Assembly: GCF_000497125.1 (NCBI RefSeq)
Contig: NC_090603.1
Span: 868,001 to 932,000, forward strand
DNA: 64,000 nt
Origin: Spironucleus salmonicida
Taxonomy: Eukaryota
Direction: 5' to 3'
Made by a program: the position numbers and the translations under genes. This document shows positions 27,559 to 40,527 of the stretch, piece by piece. The notes beneath the pieces were generated by a model, which saw only the letters and a program-made list of their open reading frames with translations, was not told the DNA's origin and did not search any database. Position 1 is the first letter of the stretch. Each line of letters starts with the position of its first letter.

Positions 27559-28562
27559 TATATGTTATGTTAGGATTAATTCAACAGAAATTATTATTAA
27601 ATAGATAGTTTAATTAATATTAAAACACCGAAATGTCAGCAGATTAAAAAATTATGAAAGTTCTAAATACAAATAAAATAAATTTAGCAATGTTTTAAAT
27701 CAATTTTCTACTTAAATATAATTTATAAGCTGAAACTAATTGTCAATCGAAAATTTTAACAAAATGTTATATAAATTCTTTATTCATTCAAATATACAGC
27801 AAGATTGATACATTATTACGTGGTTACCAGGTTATTTCAAAGAAGTGAACATCATTTAATTAACTTTATCAATGATAAATAAATGTACATCAGCAAAATA
27901 TTCTGTTTATTATTTATAATTAAAAGATCATATTTTTGATTTATTTTAAATTCATTAATTTAGTGCAAATTATTATATTATTTTACTAGGACTAACGATA
28001 TATCTAGTTTAATTTTTTAATTATAGGCAAAATATTATTTAAAATTTATTAATAATATGATTTAATTTTTCCTTGGAAACAAGTGAAAAAACAAATCTCC
28101 AATACTTAATGTAAATTATCTTGACAAACCAAAAGTAAAAACTTTAGACTATATATAGCTCGAAAACTCATAATAAAACTAAATTTTGTTATATACCAAG
28201 CCATTTTACATTTTGTAAAGTAAACAACATTATAATAAGCCCACATCACATAATAACTCATATTTATTTATCTATAAACTCTTCAAATTTGTTTAATTTT
28301 TTAGTAGAAATATTTTATATACTATTTGCTCATGTTTTTCTTTTCGTTGTCCTTACAAAGCCTTTATTAATTAATAATTTGAATGATAAATAATTAAAAA
28401 AAACATATTCTTTTACTATACAACTTGTCATACACTTTTAAATATTTAGTTTTATATTCTAACATAATACCAATCGGAACCTTTTTCTTTTTAAATGATT
28501 CCTCCCCATATATATTATTATATATAACTTATCATATAATCAATTATTCCTTCCATAAAAAA

Positions 28563-29750
28563 ATGTAGGATGTGACATTCCACAATCCAACAAAGCTCAT
28601 CATCAAAAAGGATGGATCGGTCGACATCGTAAATTTCCTTGTACAAGACAACATCAAATCGGTCCTTTTGCTTACTGGTAAAACTGCAGTCAAGAAGATA
28701 GGCCTTTTTGACAAAATCACTGCAGCTTTGAAGGCTTAAAATATCAAATTTTTCGAATGCTGTGAAGTTCGCGCTAATCCAGAGATCAAACTTGTTATTT
28801 CACAGGTTGAGTTCTGCAGAAAAAACAACGTACAGGCGATTCTTTGTGTCGGTGGTGGGTCCTGTTACGACTCTGCAAAGGCGATTGCCGCTGGTGCTAA
28901 ACTTCCTGATGATGTTCCTGCATCTAAAGTTTGGGAATTTTACGAAGGCACGAGAGTACCTACCGGTGCACTTCCGATTTACGGGGTTTTGACTATTTCA
29001 GCTACTGCATCTGAGCACAATAATGGCGGTGTAGTCTAAGATGATGAACAACACAAAAAATGGTCTTTTGCATCGGAATTCACTTTCCCAGTCGTCTCAA
29101 TTGTCGATCCATGCCTTTAAGTGCATTTACCTTGGTACTAGTAGGTAAATGGCTTTGTTGATGCTACAGTGCATATTCTTGAATTTATGACTTGCGACGA
29201 CTGCCCTGAGAAGGCTGAGGCAGCATTCTCGTATAATGCAGCTATGATTAAGACTATTATCAAATGTGGAGACATTTTGTAAAAGGATCCTAAAAATTAT
29301 GACGCACGCGCTAATTTCTGCTGGATTGCGAGCTGTGCTCTTAACTAGTATTCTGGCTTTGGATTCCATGGTGGAGATTGGGCTGTTCATATGATGGAAC
29401 ATGCAATGGGTGCTATTGATCCTACTGTTTCTCATGGTGCTGGTCTTGGAGTTGCTTTCCCTGCTTTTGTTAAGGCTAACTCTAAAAGAGGGCTCAGAAC
29501 GCATTGCTATGATAGGATTGCTAAAGAAGTTTATGGCTTAGAAGGTACTGAAGGACTTATTAAAGGATTCTAGGCTCAACTTAAAAAATGGGGGCATCCT
29601 CTTACGTTAGATGAGCTTTTTGCTAAGAAAATGGGATAAACTGAAAGAAAATAGCTTCTTGATATCTACATGATGAAGCCCACCTGTGGTTATTATGCCG
29701 ATTGGTGCTGTCCTAAAGATATTGCCGAAGATGCCTACTCCATGATGTGA
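28563..29750 (+). CDS. iron-containing alcohol dehydrogenase (BdhA/YqhD-like), 395 aa
   Basis: FHNPTKL, ANP, VGGGSCYDSAK, TISATASE, DATVHILE, WAVHMMEH, SHGAGL metal-binding motifs. Confidence 0.93.
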
Positions 29751-30310
29751 TCCGTTCCTATTTACGATATTAGACAAAGTTATAATATATTAATTATATT
29801 TTAATTTTAATATTTATTATTTAACCGTTTTATATATAAAATTTAGTATATTATTCTATTTAGCTTAAGTATAAGCTAATATTTATCTTTATAAAAATAT
29901 TAAAAATAATTAATTGAGCTAAAACATAATAATATGAACATATAATAATGTTTTGAATTAGTTATTGTGCTTAACAAAGTTAAACATAGGAGAAATATTT
30001 GTTTTAATAAAAATTTAGAATCTAGTCATATTGTAATGTTATTTAAGTTTTTAACGTTAAGTAAGTTTTTGTATATATTTCTTTAAATATTAGCAATTTT
30101 TAAGATATTTTATAAAGTATAATAGAATTTACCTAATCAAAATGAATTATTTATACATTAATCTGATCTTTTATATTCATACTCGGTTTATATTTTGTAA
30201 GTATACATATAATTTTTTAATAAACTGCGGAATTGGTTTATAATTCTAATATACTACTTTATACATATTATGATTATTAGGTTTTAATAATAAACAGTCA
30301 ATTATTAAAA

Positions 30311-31759
30311 ATGACAACATACAAAGCATATACAGTTTCTGCCATGCTTATTAATTACGCTGTCGGAACTGGTGTCTTAAATTTACCAAAAACGGTTGCA
30401 AAAGCATCTATAATGGTTGCTTTTATCTTAATTACTGGTTTAACATTTTGTGGATATTTATTGGGGAGATATACATTAGATACACTAGCAAGATCATTTG
30501 CTATAAAAAGATATAAGATAAAAGATGTAATTAATGAAGATAATCTTTGTGGAATAGCAATAGAACATAATGAAACATACATTGAATAAAAACTAATTGA
30601 TTTTAGTCTACCAAATGATTATACATATGAAATTTCTGAGGTATGTGGTATTTATTATGGTAAAGGTGGTTTTTACTTTTACTAAGTATCAATAATCCTA
30701 TATCTATTCGGAATAATTTGGGGCTATACATCAGTAGTCGCACAATCTCTATCTTCAGTTATTCCTTTCGGAGCCAACTGGCGCTGTGCAGATCCATGTG
30801 GTGCCAGTTATGCATCATCTTGCAATATAGCCTACTATGTATGGGCCTACGTGGCTATAATCTATTCTAGTATACTTGTTTTCTTTGATCTTTCTAAGTA
30901 AAAAGTTCTTTAAAACGTCTTTACAATTTGTAGATTTATCGCGGTAGGCGGTATGGCCTTGCTTGTTTTCATTTGCATATTCATATCGCCATATGATGTG
31001 GGTACTGATATTGCATCTAGTCGTCCTTTCGTCAAAAATGTACCAATTTTTAATTTCCAACTACGAACCTTTGGATCAATGCTCTCAAGCACCATTTTTG
31101 CTATTATAATGCATTATTGCATCCCAACTGTCCTACAACCCACACAATAGGCTCAATAAGTTCATTTAAACCATGCACTAACAGGTGCGTTTGCAATCAT
31201 CTACCTAATTATGTCATTTATCGCATATCCATCAGCTCTCTATTTTGGTACTGATGGAACCTAACTCATAACTCTCAATCTGATTCAATGGGATGGGAAA
31301 TCATGGAACGCCTCCAGCTAGCCCGCCTGGGCTGCTGCTATTGCGTACACGATCAGACTTCTACCACCAATTTACGTTCTTGGTGCCATTCCGATTAACG
31401 CAATTTCAATGGCGAACAATATTTTTGCGATTGCCGAAAGCATGAAAACCAATAAGTGGCTTAAAATTCTTATTAATTTGGTCTGCGTGATACCAGCAGG
31501 TGTTCTAGCTGGATACTTTCGGTGTATAGGCTAGATTATTGATCTTACAGGGCTGCTTGGCTTTGTTATTTTGCTCACCCCTGCCTTCTGCTTAATTCGC
31601 GCAAGAAAGTAATGTTTTGCCTTGTTTGGGACCCGAAAAACACCTTTTTCTGGATTTTGTGACTAGGAATGGGTGATCATTTCGATAATGATTTTGTTCC
31701 TTATAGGGTTTGGATTTACATTATATGCAGTTATTGCTAATTTTGTACTGGGAGATTGA
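30311..31759 (+). CDS. amino-acid transporter (TMEM104-like), paralogue 2, AT-rich, 482 aa
   Basis: MTTYKAY..NYAVGTGVLNLPK; reads through TAA/TAG to TGA 31757. Confidence 0.92.
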
Positions 31760-32219
31760 CTTTGATTTTAATAACAATAATAAATTATTATTATATATAA
31801 AATTTTCCATTAAAGGGTAGAATACTATAATTGTTATAATAACAACATTTTAAACATAATATATGCAATAAAAATATTGTTTTTAATTACTTAATTGGTG
31901 GGAAATGGATGATTGAAAATTTAAACTTCTCATCAATTAAGAATTTATTTTTAGTAATATTGCTATACCTGTATTTTATTTGCAAACTTTAATTTTCTGA
32001 TTTGTGATTGATTGATCTCAGTTATGCAGAAACAATCTTGCGACTATATTATAAATGATTTAATTTTTGTCAATAACAATATAATAATATAGTAACAAGT
32101 AGAGTGATTGATAAATCACTGCGAATTCACAAGTTTTTGACAATTAATAGTATAGGGAGTAGATACACCCAATATTAGAAAAATTAAGAGCGGTTCACCC
32201 GAACGCCCGTATTTGTCCC

Positions 32220-32246
32220 CACATGTGATTATATATTTGCGCAAAT
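32220..32246. promoter_or_regulatory. palindromic elements CACATGTG and ATTTGCGCAAAT upstream of the GC-rich transporter
   Basis: Perfect palindromes at 32220-32227 and 32235-32246 flanking a TATA-like run; also present in the inverted copy. Confidence 0.35.
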
Positions 32247-32255
32247 CCTTAGAAA

Positions 32256-33713
32256 ATGTCAACATACAAGGCATACACCGTCGCCGCGATGATGATCAAC
32301 TACGCGGTCGGCACGGGCGTGCTCAACCTGCCCAAGACCGTGGCCAAGGCGTCCATCTTCGTCGCGTTCATCCTGCTCACGCTGCTGACCTTCGCCGGCT
32401 ACCTGCTGGGCCGGTACACCCTCGACGCGCTCTCCCGGACCTTCGCCCTGAAGCGCTTGGAGAGCAACAACGTGATCAAGGTGGGCCAGACGGAGGACGA
32501 AGTAGTGGTCTTCAGCCCCGAGAACGGCCAGCAGTCCAGCGGCTCCCCGGACGTCGACTACTCGCTGCCCAACGACTACACCTACGAGGTCTCCGAGCTC
32601 TGCGGCGTCCACTACGGCAAGGGCGGCTTCTACGTGTACCAGGTGGCCGTCATCCTCTACGTCTTCGGCGTCATCTGGGGCTACACCTCGGTCGTGGCCC
32701 AGTCCCTGTCCTCCGTCATCCCCTTCGGGGCCAACTGGCACTGCGCCGACCCCTGCGGTGCGAGCTACGCCAAGCTCTGCAACGTGGCCTACTACGTGTG
32801 GACCTACGTCGCGATCGTCTACTCCAGCATCCTCGTCTTCTTCGACCTCTCCAAGCAGAACATCCTCCAGAACATCTTCACGATCTGCCGTTTCGTCGCG
32901 GTCGGCGGCATGGCCTTCCTCGTGTTCGTCTGCATCTTCATCTCGCCCTACAACCTCGGTACCGATTAGGCCACAGCCATCCCCTACGTCAAGAAGATAC
33001 CCCTCTTCCACTTCCAGATCCGGACCTTCGGCTCCATGTTCTCCAGCTCGGTGTTCGCCATCATCCTCCACTACTGCATCCCCGGCGTGCTCCAGCCCAC
33101 CGAGCAGTCCCAGCAGAAGTACCTGAACCACTCTTTCACCGGCTCCTTCGGCTTCATCTACATCATCATGGCCTTCGTCGCCTACCCCTCCGCCCTCTAC
33201 TTCGGCACCGATGGCGCGCAGCTTATCACGCTCAACCTCATCAAGTGGGACGGAAAGAAATGGGACGCCACGAGCCAGCCCGCCTGGGCCGCCGCGATCG
33301 CCTACATCATCAGACTGCTGCCCCCGATCTACGTCCTGGGCGCGATCCCCCTCAACGGTATCTCGATGACCAACAACATCGCCGCCTTCTTCCCCAACGC
33401 GAAGGAGAAGAAGTGGTTTTACATCGTCGTCAAGCTCGCGTGCATCATCCCGGCTGGAGTGTTAGCCGGCTTCTTCCGGTGCATCGGCCAGATCATCGAC
33501 CTCACCGGGCTCCTCGGCTTCGTCATCCTCCTCGCCCCCGCCTTCTGCCTCATCAAGGCCAGGAAGGCCTGCCAGGAGAAGTTCGGCACCAAGAAGACGC
33601 CGTTCTCCGGCTTCTGCGACCACGAGGGCGTCATCATCACGATCATGGTGCTCTTCATCATTGGCTTCGGCTTCACCCTCTACGCCGTCATCGCCAACTT
33701 CATCTACGGCTGA
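32256..33713 (+). CDS. amino-acid transporter (TMEM104-like), paralogue 3, GC-rich, 485 aa
   Basis: Track ORFs 32256-32969 and 33036-33713 join through a single TAG=Gln at 32967; FFDLSKQNILQ, HYCIPGVLQP, ITLNL. Confidence 0.95.
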
Positions 33714-34490
33714 GTATTTTACTTCTTTATATTATAAGTTAAAGCTTAATTTCTTACCATAGGATAATAAATTTAACCTATATTTTCTCACAAAATAATA
33801 AAAAATTTAACATCATTGATACCTTATAAATCTCATTGACGAAAATATTATAGTTGCATTATAAAATACATAATTATATTTTATTATATATCAATATTAC
33901 ATATGACTGTTATTAAATAAGGGATAATTACGTTCGGCAAAATATGTTAACTTATAATATTTATTTATGTCTTTTACTAAACAGTTTTATTAGTAATTAT
34001 GTAATTTTGATTCAAACTCTTATTTTTTACTTCTAACTACAAATAATTTTTTTAAATTTGATGCTTCTTGGACTTTTGATTCTAATTTTTCAAAAACAAT
34101 ATAATTATCCGAAAAAGTTCAAAATTTAGTGTTAGATTTTAAATAAAAATTTCCATTATGTACAGAAATAATTATTAGATTGGGAAGAAACTTACACCAT
34201 CGTAATACATAATTATCAAGCAGAAAAATCGTTCAGAACTAGAGTAAACCTGGTTCTAACTAAGAGAAAGCAAGCTTATTGATACTCATAAGATTAATAA
34301 TAAAGATTTAAAATAGAAATAAAACAGATATCTTCATAAAAATCTAGCTGGTCGTAATGAAATTTATCATTTTAAATCATGTGATATTTTAATCTTAAAA
34401 ATCAGACAGTCTAAAATATCGGTAATGGAAAAAGTATCATATACAATCACGTTTGTAAGTACATATAGATACAAAGTTTAAAAATCTCCT

Positions 34491-37352
34491 TCACATCTCA
34501 TCAGTCTTTACCTTATCTCCTGATACACCCACATCCTCCGCTTTTCGCAGCTCGTTATACACTCCCTCAATTGCTTTGCAGAAAATTGCTTGTATTTAAT
34601 CCCTAGGGAGGCTTATCTCTTTAGAAACACTTAGAAATGTCTTTTTCTAAATACAAATTGCACAAAAAATTCTCTATTGAACTGTTGTTAAGATTTCACT
34701 ATTTCCATTCAAAAATACTTATTATGCAAGTTCATCAGATAGGTCAAATATAGCATTGAATTCGATTTTACGTTCCACAAAAGCCTAAATTCGTGAAAAA
34801 TCAGTTCCTGATAACCGTGAAAAGTCGAATTATTGTTTCTCAAAATTACAAGAACTAATAATTCTAAAGCATAAATCACAAGGAATTTCTTTGAATAAGT
34901 TTGAACTGAGTCTGAAAAAGCGTTTTGTGAAGTCTAAATTTAAAGGAGTAAAAATTTGTATCTAATTAAAATTATTGATCATAAGAATAGAATTTTCACC
35001 AGTTTCATGAGATTTAGAAGCTTTCAGATAAAATGGTAAAAAATTAAGTTTTCTATAGAAAATAAACAAACTAGAGGATAATCCGAATGCAACTGACAAA
35101 TAATCAATTTTTTCTACAGAAACTTGATCTAACTTCAAAAGAAGCGGTGGAAGCGAACTACCAATTTTGTGATTTTACATATCACGATCAACTCTTTCAG
35201 ATAGTTTGGAAATAGATATTTAGTTAGAGTACAATTTCTATAACTGCTGAACTGCTTACTATCCGTAGCCGCGCTGCATGAAAAATGGATTTGTGGCGAT
35301 TCTTACGATTCTAATAGTTGTCTTTGAGCTCAAACTAGGTTACTAAAATTGTTATGAAAGCAACCATGGAACCATATTCCCATCTTCGCGAAGTTATTTA
35401 TTTAACGATTTTTCAACTGCTATTAATGGTAGATCACCTTCAATAGATGCGTGAATCACACAAATTGGGAGTGGTAGCTGTGTTGGATCAGTTATAGGAG
35501 CAAGCAGTACAAAAAGTCTGGATGAAGGAGAGTCTGATAAAAGCTATATATCGTTTGGTTGGTTTTTGTAGTGCGAAGTCACGAAAATAGACCATATTAA
35601 TTTTAGGTAATTTTCGGACTATGCTTCACCGGAGAACAAAGTATCACGCGATAGTTGGAAGAGTGTTGTCTGCTCAACTGGTGCAAATGATGGCTTTTAC
35701 GATTTAAGATGATTATCAAGCGATTTCTCACAGTCAAGAAGTAAAAGATCATAAAGCCACTGTTCAATTCTGTCACCGCTATTATATCTGATAGGTGTTG
35801 TCAAATCGTACTAAATTAGTTAAAATCCCTTGCTTTTGCGTTATTATACGTTCTGTAAAACTTTAAGAGTTAATGCTCTTCCAGAGCCCTCATAACCGTG
35901 CACTGTAGAGCTCACGATGACGAAACTTTCAGCCTTGAGAATTTCGTTCATAACATCAACAGGCATCGCTGCTGCTTCATCGACTATTATTAAGTCAGCC
36001 AGACTCAAAATTCCGTTTCCACCCATTGCAACGTTTTCTGGGTCAATATACCGAATAGTTTGCTTGTGGGTCTTGAAAATGTCAATTCCGACTATTTCGG
36101 CTAACTCCAAACTTGAAGTTTTCTGGGTTTTGTAATCTACGTGCTCTTAGTAGCCCAACGCTGCGATACTTTTAATGGCAAACTCGAACAGCGTTTGGAC
36201 GTTCGAGGCATTAGGAGCGAAAACTAAAATGTTTGTAGCTTGCTACGAAATTGCAGCGCCCAGCGACAGTCCAATTAAAGCGGATTTTCCACGTCCGCGG
36301 GCCGCCTTGATAAAAATGGTTTTTTGAGATGGAAACGCGTTCGTTGTCTGTTCCTGCAAAATTGGCTGCTTGTTGAGATTGAGCTCATTCATGAGCTGGT
36401 TATAGCCTTTCTTGTTGTGCTTTTGCAGTTTGTTCAGTTTCTTATCGAACGCTTTTTCGTCTTTTGAGAGCTTTTTCGTCTGCTGAATGACGTCCTCGGA
36501 GTCCGACGTGACTGGCGAATTTGACTCTGAAAACTCTTTGGCATTCACGATAACACCTTATTTTTAGACCTAAAACACGTCAAGCAGATTGATTAGAATT
36601 TGGCATTAGTCTACTGTGCATGCTACTTTGCTCAAAGTGGACTTGATTGGGTCCCCTGAGTCTATTGCTTGCTGTCTTAAAGCTAGTAGTTCTTCTTTAT
36701 CTACACTATTAGTCACTTAGTAATTTTTGATGCCGATCATGTTTTTCATTTCTTTTATATGATCACTGATCTCTAGGACATCTAATGACTAATCCAGTGC
36801 TAAAAATCTATCGCAGGTCTCTAGTATTTTTAAAAATCTTTCTGTAAATCGATTAACACATTATGAGCTATTAAACATTTATGATTTTGTGATATATCGT
36901 TTGTGAACATCCATTTTAGCTTCAGATAAATCTTTAAGGTTTTATACGCTAGTAATCAGGAGAATGATCATGCCGCCACCGCGTACTGTTTCAACACATT
37001 TTGCTAACGTGTTTGGAGTTAGTGACTAAAAATCTTACAATATTAAGACAGAGTACGTTTAACCTAATACTTAATCTGAATCTCTATAGTTGATATATCT
37101 TATTTACTGTTACTCCATAAAATTAGAATTTTCCTATTATTTTTGCTACTTTTTAGTTTTTTAGAACTTTGGCTTATCATCATAGCACCAAAGAAGTTTC
37201 GGAACATGCATACATTTTTACGCATAAATTTAAATAAGAGTTGACAAATTTATTTCCACCTGTAACCCAAGTAATACAAATAAGGAGCGATAATTCTGTT
37301 AAATTCCTGAATTCACTAAGTGAATAATACGGTCATCTAAACGTTTCTTCAT
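34491..37352 (-). CDS. NAT10: RNA cytidine acetyltransferase NAT10/KRE33, 953 aa
   Basis: MKKRLDDRI..RSLFV, AARGRGKSA, IIVDEAAAMP, SSTVHGYEGSGR, SHYKNQPND, RIVRIATNP..QRGYG. Confidence 0.95.
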
Positions 37353-37409
37353 ATTAAAGTGGAAAGAAGAAAGACTGAAAATAATATATATAATACCAAA
37401 TAATAATTA

Positions 37410-38066
37410 TCAGTCTTTCACCGGAGTCATACTTTATTTATCAATTTCAATTGTAGAATCAGTCGATGATATTTTTCGGAAAATACGAACATAGTCAATT
37501 ACTATTAAACTAGGGCCTGATATTTCATATGGAATAAGTAAAGCTATTATAAAACTTATGATAATTGAGCTTTTACAATTATTAAAGTCTGATCTTGTTT
37601 ACTATCTGAAGCTATATTGTATAATTTTTTTAAACTAAAGACACATTATATACACACTTACTAGTGCTACGAAAAAATATTATAATAAAATTTAGTCTTA
37701 TTAAATATAATAGCGTTTTAATGCTAGCCCGTAAGGTTTAAATACAGCTTTTTTCAGTAATTCAAACTTAGAAGACTTTATCTTAATTATACTAATTACA
37801 ACTAGAAATGTGATAAAATAATTTAAAATTTATAGAACAGGCTTCAAAAATTTTAATAATTATGATAGTTTTTCAAGTAAATCAACCATAAAATTAATAC
37901 TTCCTGCTAAAGTAATTATAACAAAAATTAAAAACATAAATAATAATTCTACTCCTTCTGTTAACAGTAATTATATTTTTTTCGGTTCTAAATACTTTCC
38001 ATCCTAATTAAATTAAAATTTACCTATTGATCTTTCTGCAAAAATCCTATGGTAATTATCATACAT
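37410..38066 (-). CDS. multi-pass membrane protein, 218 aa
   Basis: MYDNYHRIF...; several hydrophobic segments; in-frame TGA 37410. Confidence 0.65.
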
Positions 38067-38120
38067 TTTATACTGTATTAGTAATATATAATACTATTAA
38101 TAAATCTAAAATTTAATAAA

Positions 38121-38633
38121 ATGCCGCCTAAAAAAGCACCACTAGATCCTTTATAATATTTATTTTAGGATTTGCGAATAATTAAATACATCTAATAAAC
38201 ATCTACTCCATTATTATATAAATAAAATCTTCATAAGTAACTTTTCCCATAATTCGAATTCATTAATACTGACTCACGTCAAAAAGATATTATATAGTCA
38301 ATTTAAAACGAGATATAAATGAAATAGTCTGAATTTTCTACACTTTAAATCGAAGAGCTTCCATCAGCTGAATAAGTCAATACATTTATCGGAAATTTAC
38401 ATGATGTCACAAACTAATTAACAAATACATTCAAACTACTTTCTTATGATAAACATATAATGGAGCTTAATAATGTATAAATAGTTCCAATTCATTTGTT
38501 TTAAAAAATAAGCTCTGTTGCGCAATAAATATTGTAATTTGAGCAGATCGCATAAGACCTAAAACATATGAATGAGGTCGTAGCAATTTGTGCTAAAGTT
38601 AATATACCTAAGCTTAAAAGTGTGATCTAGTGA
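38121..38633 (+). CDS. hypothetical protein, 170 aa
   Basis: MPPKKAPLDP...; ends TAG TGA. Confidence 0.75.
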
Positions 38634-38939
38634 AACATATTTTACTTTCTCATTTCTTTACTGTACATTAGTATCATTAATTTAATGTTTGTTTTTATTT
38701 AAATTACGGCAAAGTGTAGCTAAGAAAATACCAGAAATATAAACTTAATACTAAAATATTTATTATTTACTTAATAACTGAATAAAAATTATTAAATTAT
38801 ACAGCTACGTTTAATATCAAATAGATTTTAGTACTCAATATTTATATAATTCATAGGTATACTAAGCTTAGTTAAGTTAACTAAGTTTCTAAACATAAAC
38901 TAAAATAATTAATCATGCCCCAATATCTGAAATGTGACA

Positions 38940-39581
38940 TCACTCCAACAACCTAACTATAATATCTAATAACTCTTAGTTATAATTTTCTAAGTCTTTC
39001 ATTTTAACATACTTAACTGTTCCATTTTTCATTTAAAGCCTTACCACTTCAACCTTTTAAAATTAATTAAGTAAACTGAGCTTGAGCGCTTAACTACTAT
39101 TTATGACACCGCAGTTTTTGCCAAATATTTATTAGTATGATTTTTTAATATCAGTATCTTAATTCTCTAGTTTTAATTTTTCTAAAAGACTAATAAGACC
39201 ACTTTATTCTTCTTATTCCGAAATGATTTCAATAATAAGATCTTATTCTGAAAATTACAACTGTAAAAATAAATTAATAAAATTGTAGTAATTTTTTTCT
39301 TTTGAAACAAAATTAATAAACAAAACTAATGGAATATTTTCTAACAATACCTACCGGATCTCTATTTTTGTGGTTACATAAAATTTTAACTCTAAGGTGT
39401 CTGAAATAAACATATATAATATCTAATGGTCAGATGGATAAATTTTCATGCAATTCAGGAAATATGCGACTATTTCTTTATTGTTACTAAACTAACGTAC
39501 TCCATTGATTAAAGCTAAATCTGAAAGTTATTAAAAACTTATTTTATTAAATTCTTTCAATGCTGTTATAATTTATTCCAT
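38940..39581 (-). CDS. hypothetical protein, 213 aa (weak COMM-domain-like C-terminus)
   Basis: Read through fully; C-terminus VEVVRLQMKNGTVKYVKMKDLENYNQELLDIIVRLLE; GAG TGA. Confidence 0.7.
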
Positions 39582-39626
39582 TTTAATTATTTATTAAATA
39601 TTAAATATTATAAACATATATTTAAA

Positions 39627-40262
39627 ATGTCAGTTTTGCTTCTCCCAGGATCTTTAAACCCAATAACTAAAGCTCATATTGCTTCATTGGAACTTGCTTA
39701 CAATACACTAAAAAATAGTTATTCTATTGATAAACTTATTATTTCACCGGCAAATTCTAACTACAAGTAAAAGCATCTGGTATCAGGAACCCACCGTGTA
39801 GCTATGGCTAATTTAGCAATTAAAAACTCTATTATTTCACATTTATTCATAGTTGATGATTTTGAGGCATTGGAAAGTAATTATTTCGTTCCAACTTTTC
39901 AACTAGTAAACCACTTATCTAAAAAATATAATAAAAAAGTAATTTTAGTTGGTGGTAGTGATCTATTGTTAGGAATGATGAATTAAAATATTTGGCCAGA
40001 AGTTAATGTACGAAAATTACTTAATTAGTGTGATTTATTCATCATTTCTAGAGGGGTATCAGTTTAGTCTCTTAAAAAAACTATATGTTAACTGGAATTT
40101 TTAAAAGATAAATTAGAAAATGAATCAATAATACTTATAGAAGAGAGTGTTGGTAAGGAAAGTTCTACCTTATTCCGGGCTGGTTGTCTAGATTGCTGTT
40201 TTGATAATGTTGTTTAATATGCTCATACACATTAGTTATACTCATTTGAAAGTGAAAAGTGA
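39627..40262 (+). CDS. NMNAT: nicotinamide/nicotinate mononucleotide adenylyltransferase, 211 aa
   Basis: GSFKPITKAH, ISPA, HRVAM, GGSDLL, ISR, SSTLFR; ends AAG TGA. Confidence 0.9.
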
Positions 40263-40527
40263 TATATGCTGATTGTTTACATAGGATAATTTATAATAAT
40301 TAACCTAGCCGTGAATGAAAAAAAACAACTTGTGATAAACCTGTACTGAATTTGTAAGTATTTTTTCCACTGGTGTAGTGGACTTTAATCAGGTAGCATT
40401 TAAAAACTGTAGAAATCAACTAAATTAAACCGAAAATGTATAATAATAAGTATTGAACTTACTAATTTATATCTTTATATTTAAAAAATTAAGTATATAT
40501 TTGAATATCTATTCACAAAGATTATGA

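Larger units (their letters stand above)
32124..33737 (+). repeat. left arm of a 1614-bp inverted repeat (transporter gene plus flanks)
   Basis: Reverse complement of 41511-43124; the coding part differs at 5 nt that I could find. Confidence 0.95.

Noticed and set aside
32967-32969. Apparent premature stop splitting the GC-rich transporter (also 42279-42281)
   Set aside because: TAG is Gln; the frame continues and aligns with paralogues
32213-33742. Long alternative-frame and antisense ORFs (509, 290, 122 aa, and mirrors at 41488-43035)
   Set aside because: Shadows of extreme GC3 codon bias in the transporter genes; R/P/H-rich with no motifs
33967-34490. Plus-strand open frame between the transporter and NAT10
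   Set aside because: Runs into NAT10 without a stop; long open frames arise by chance when only TGA terminates
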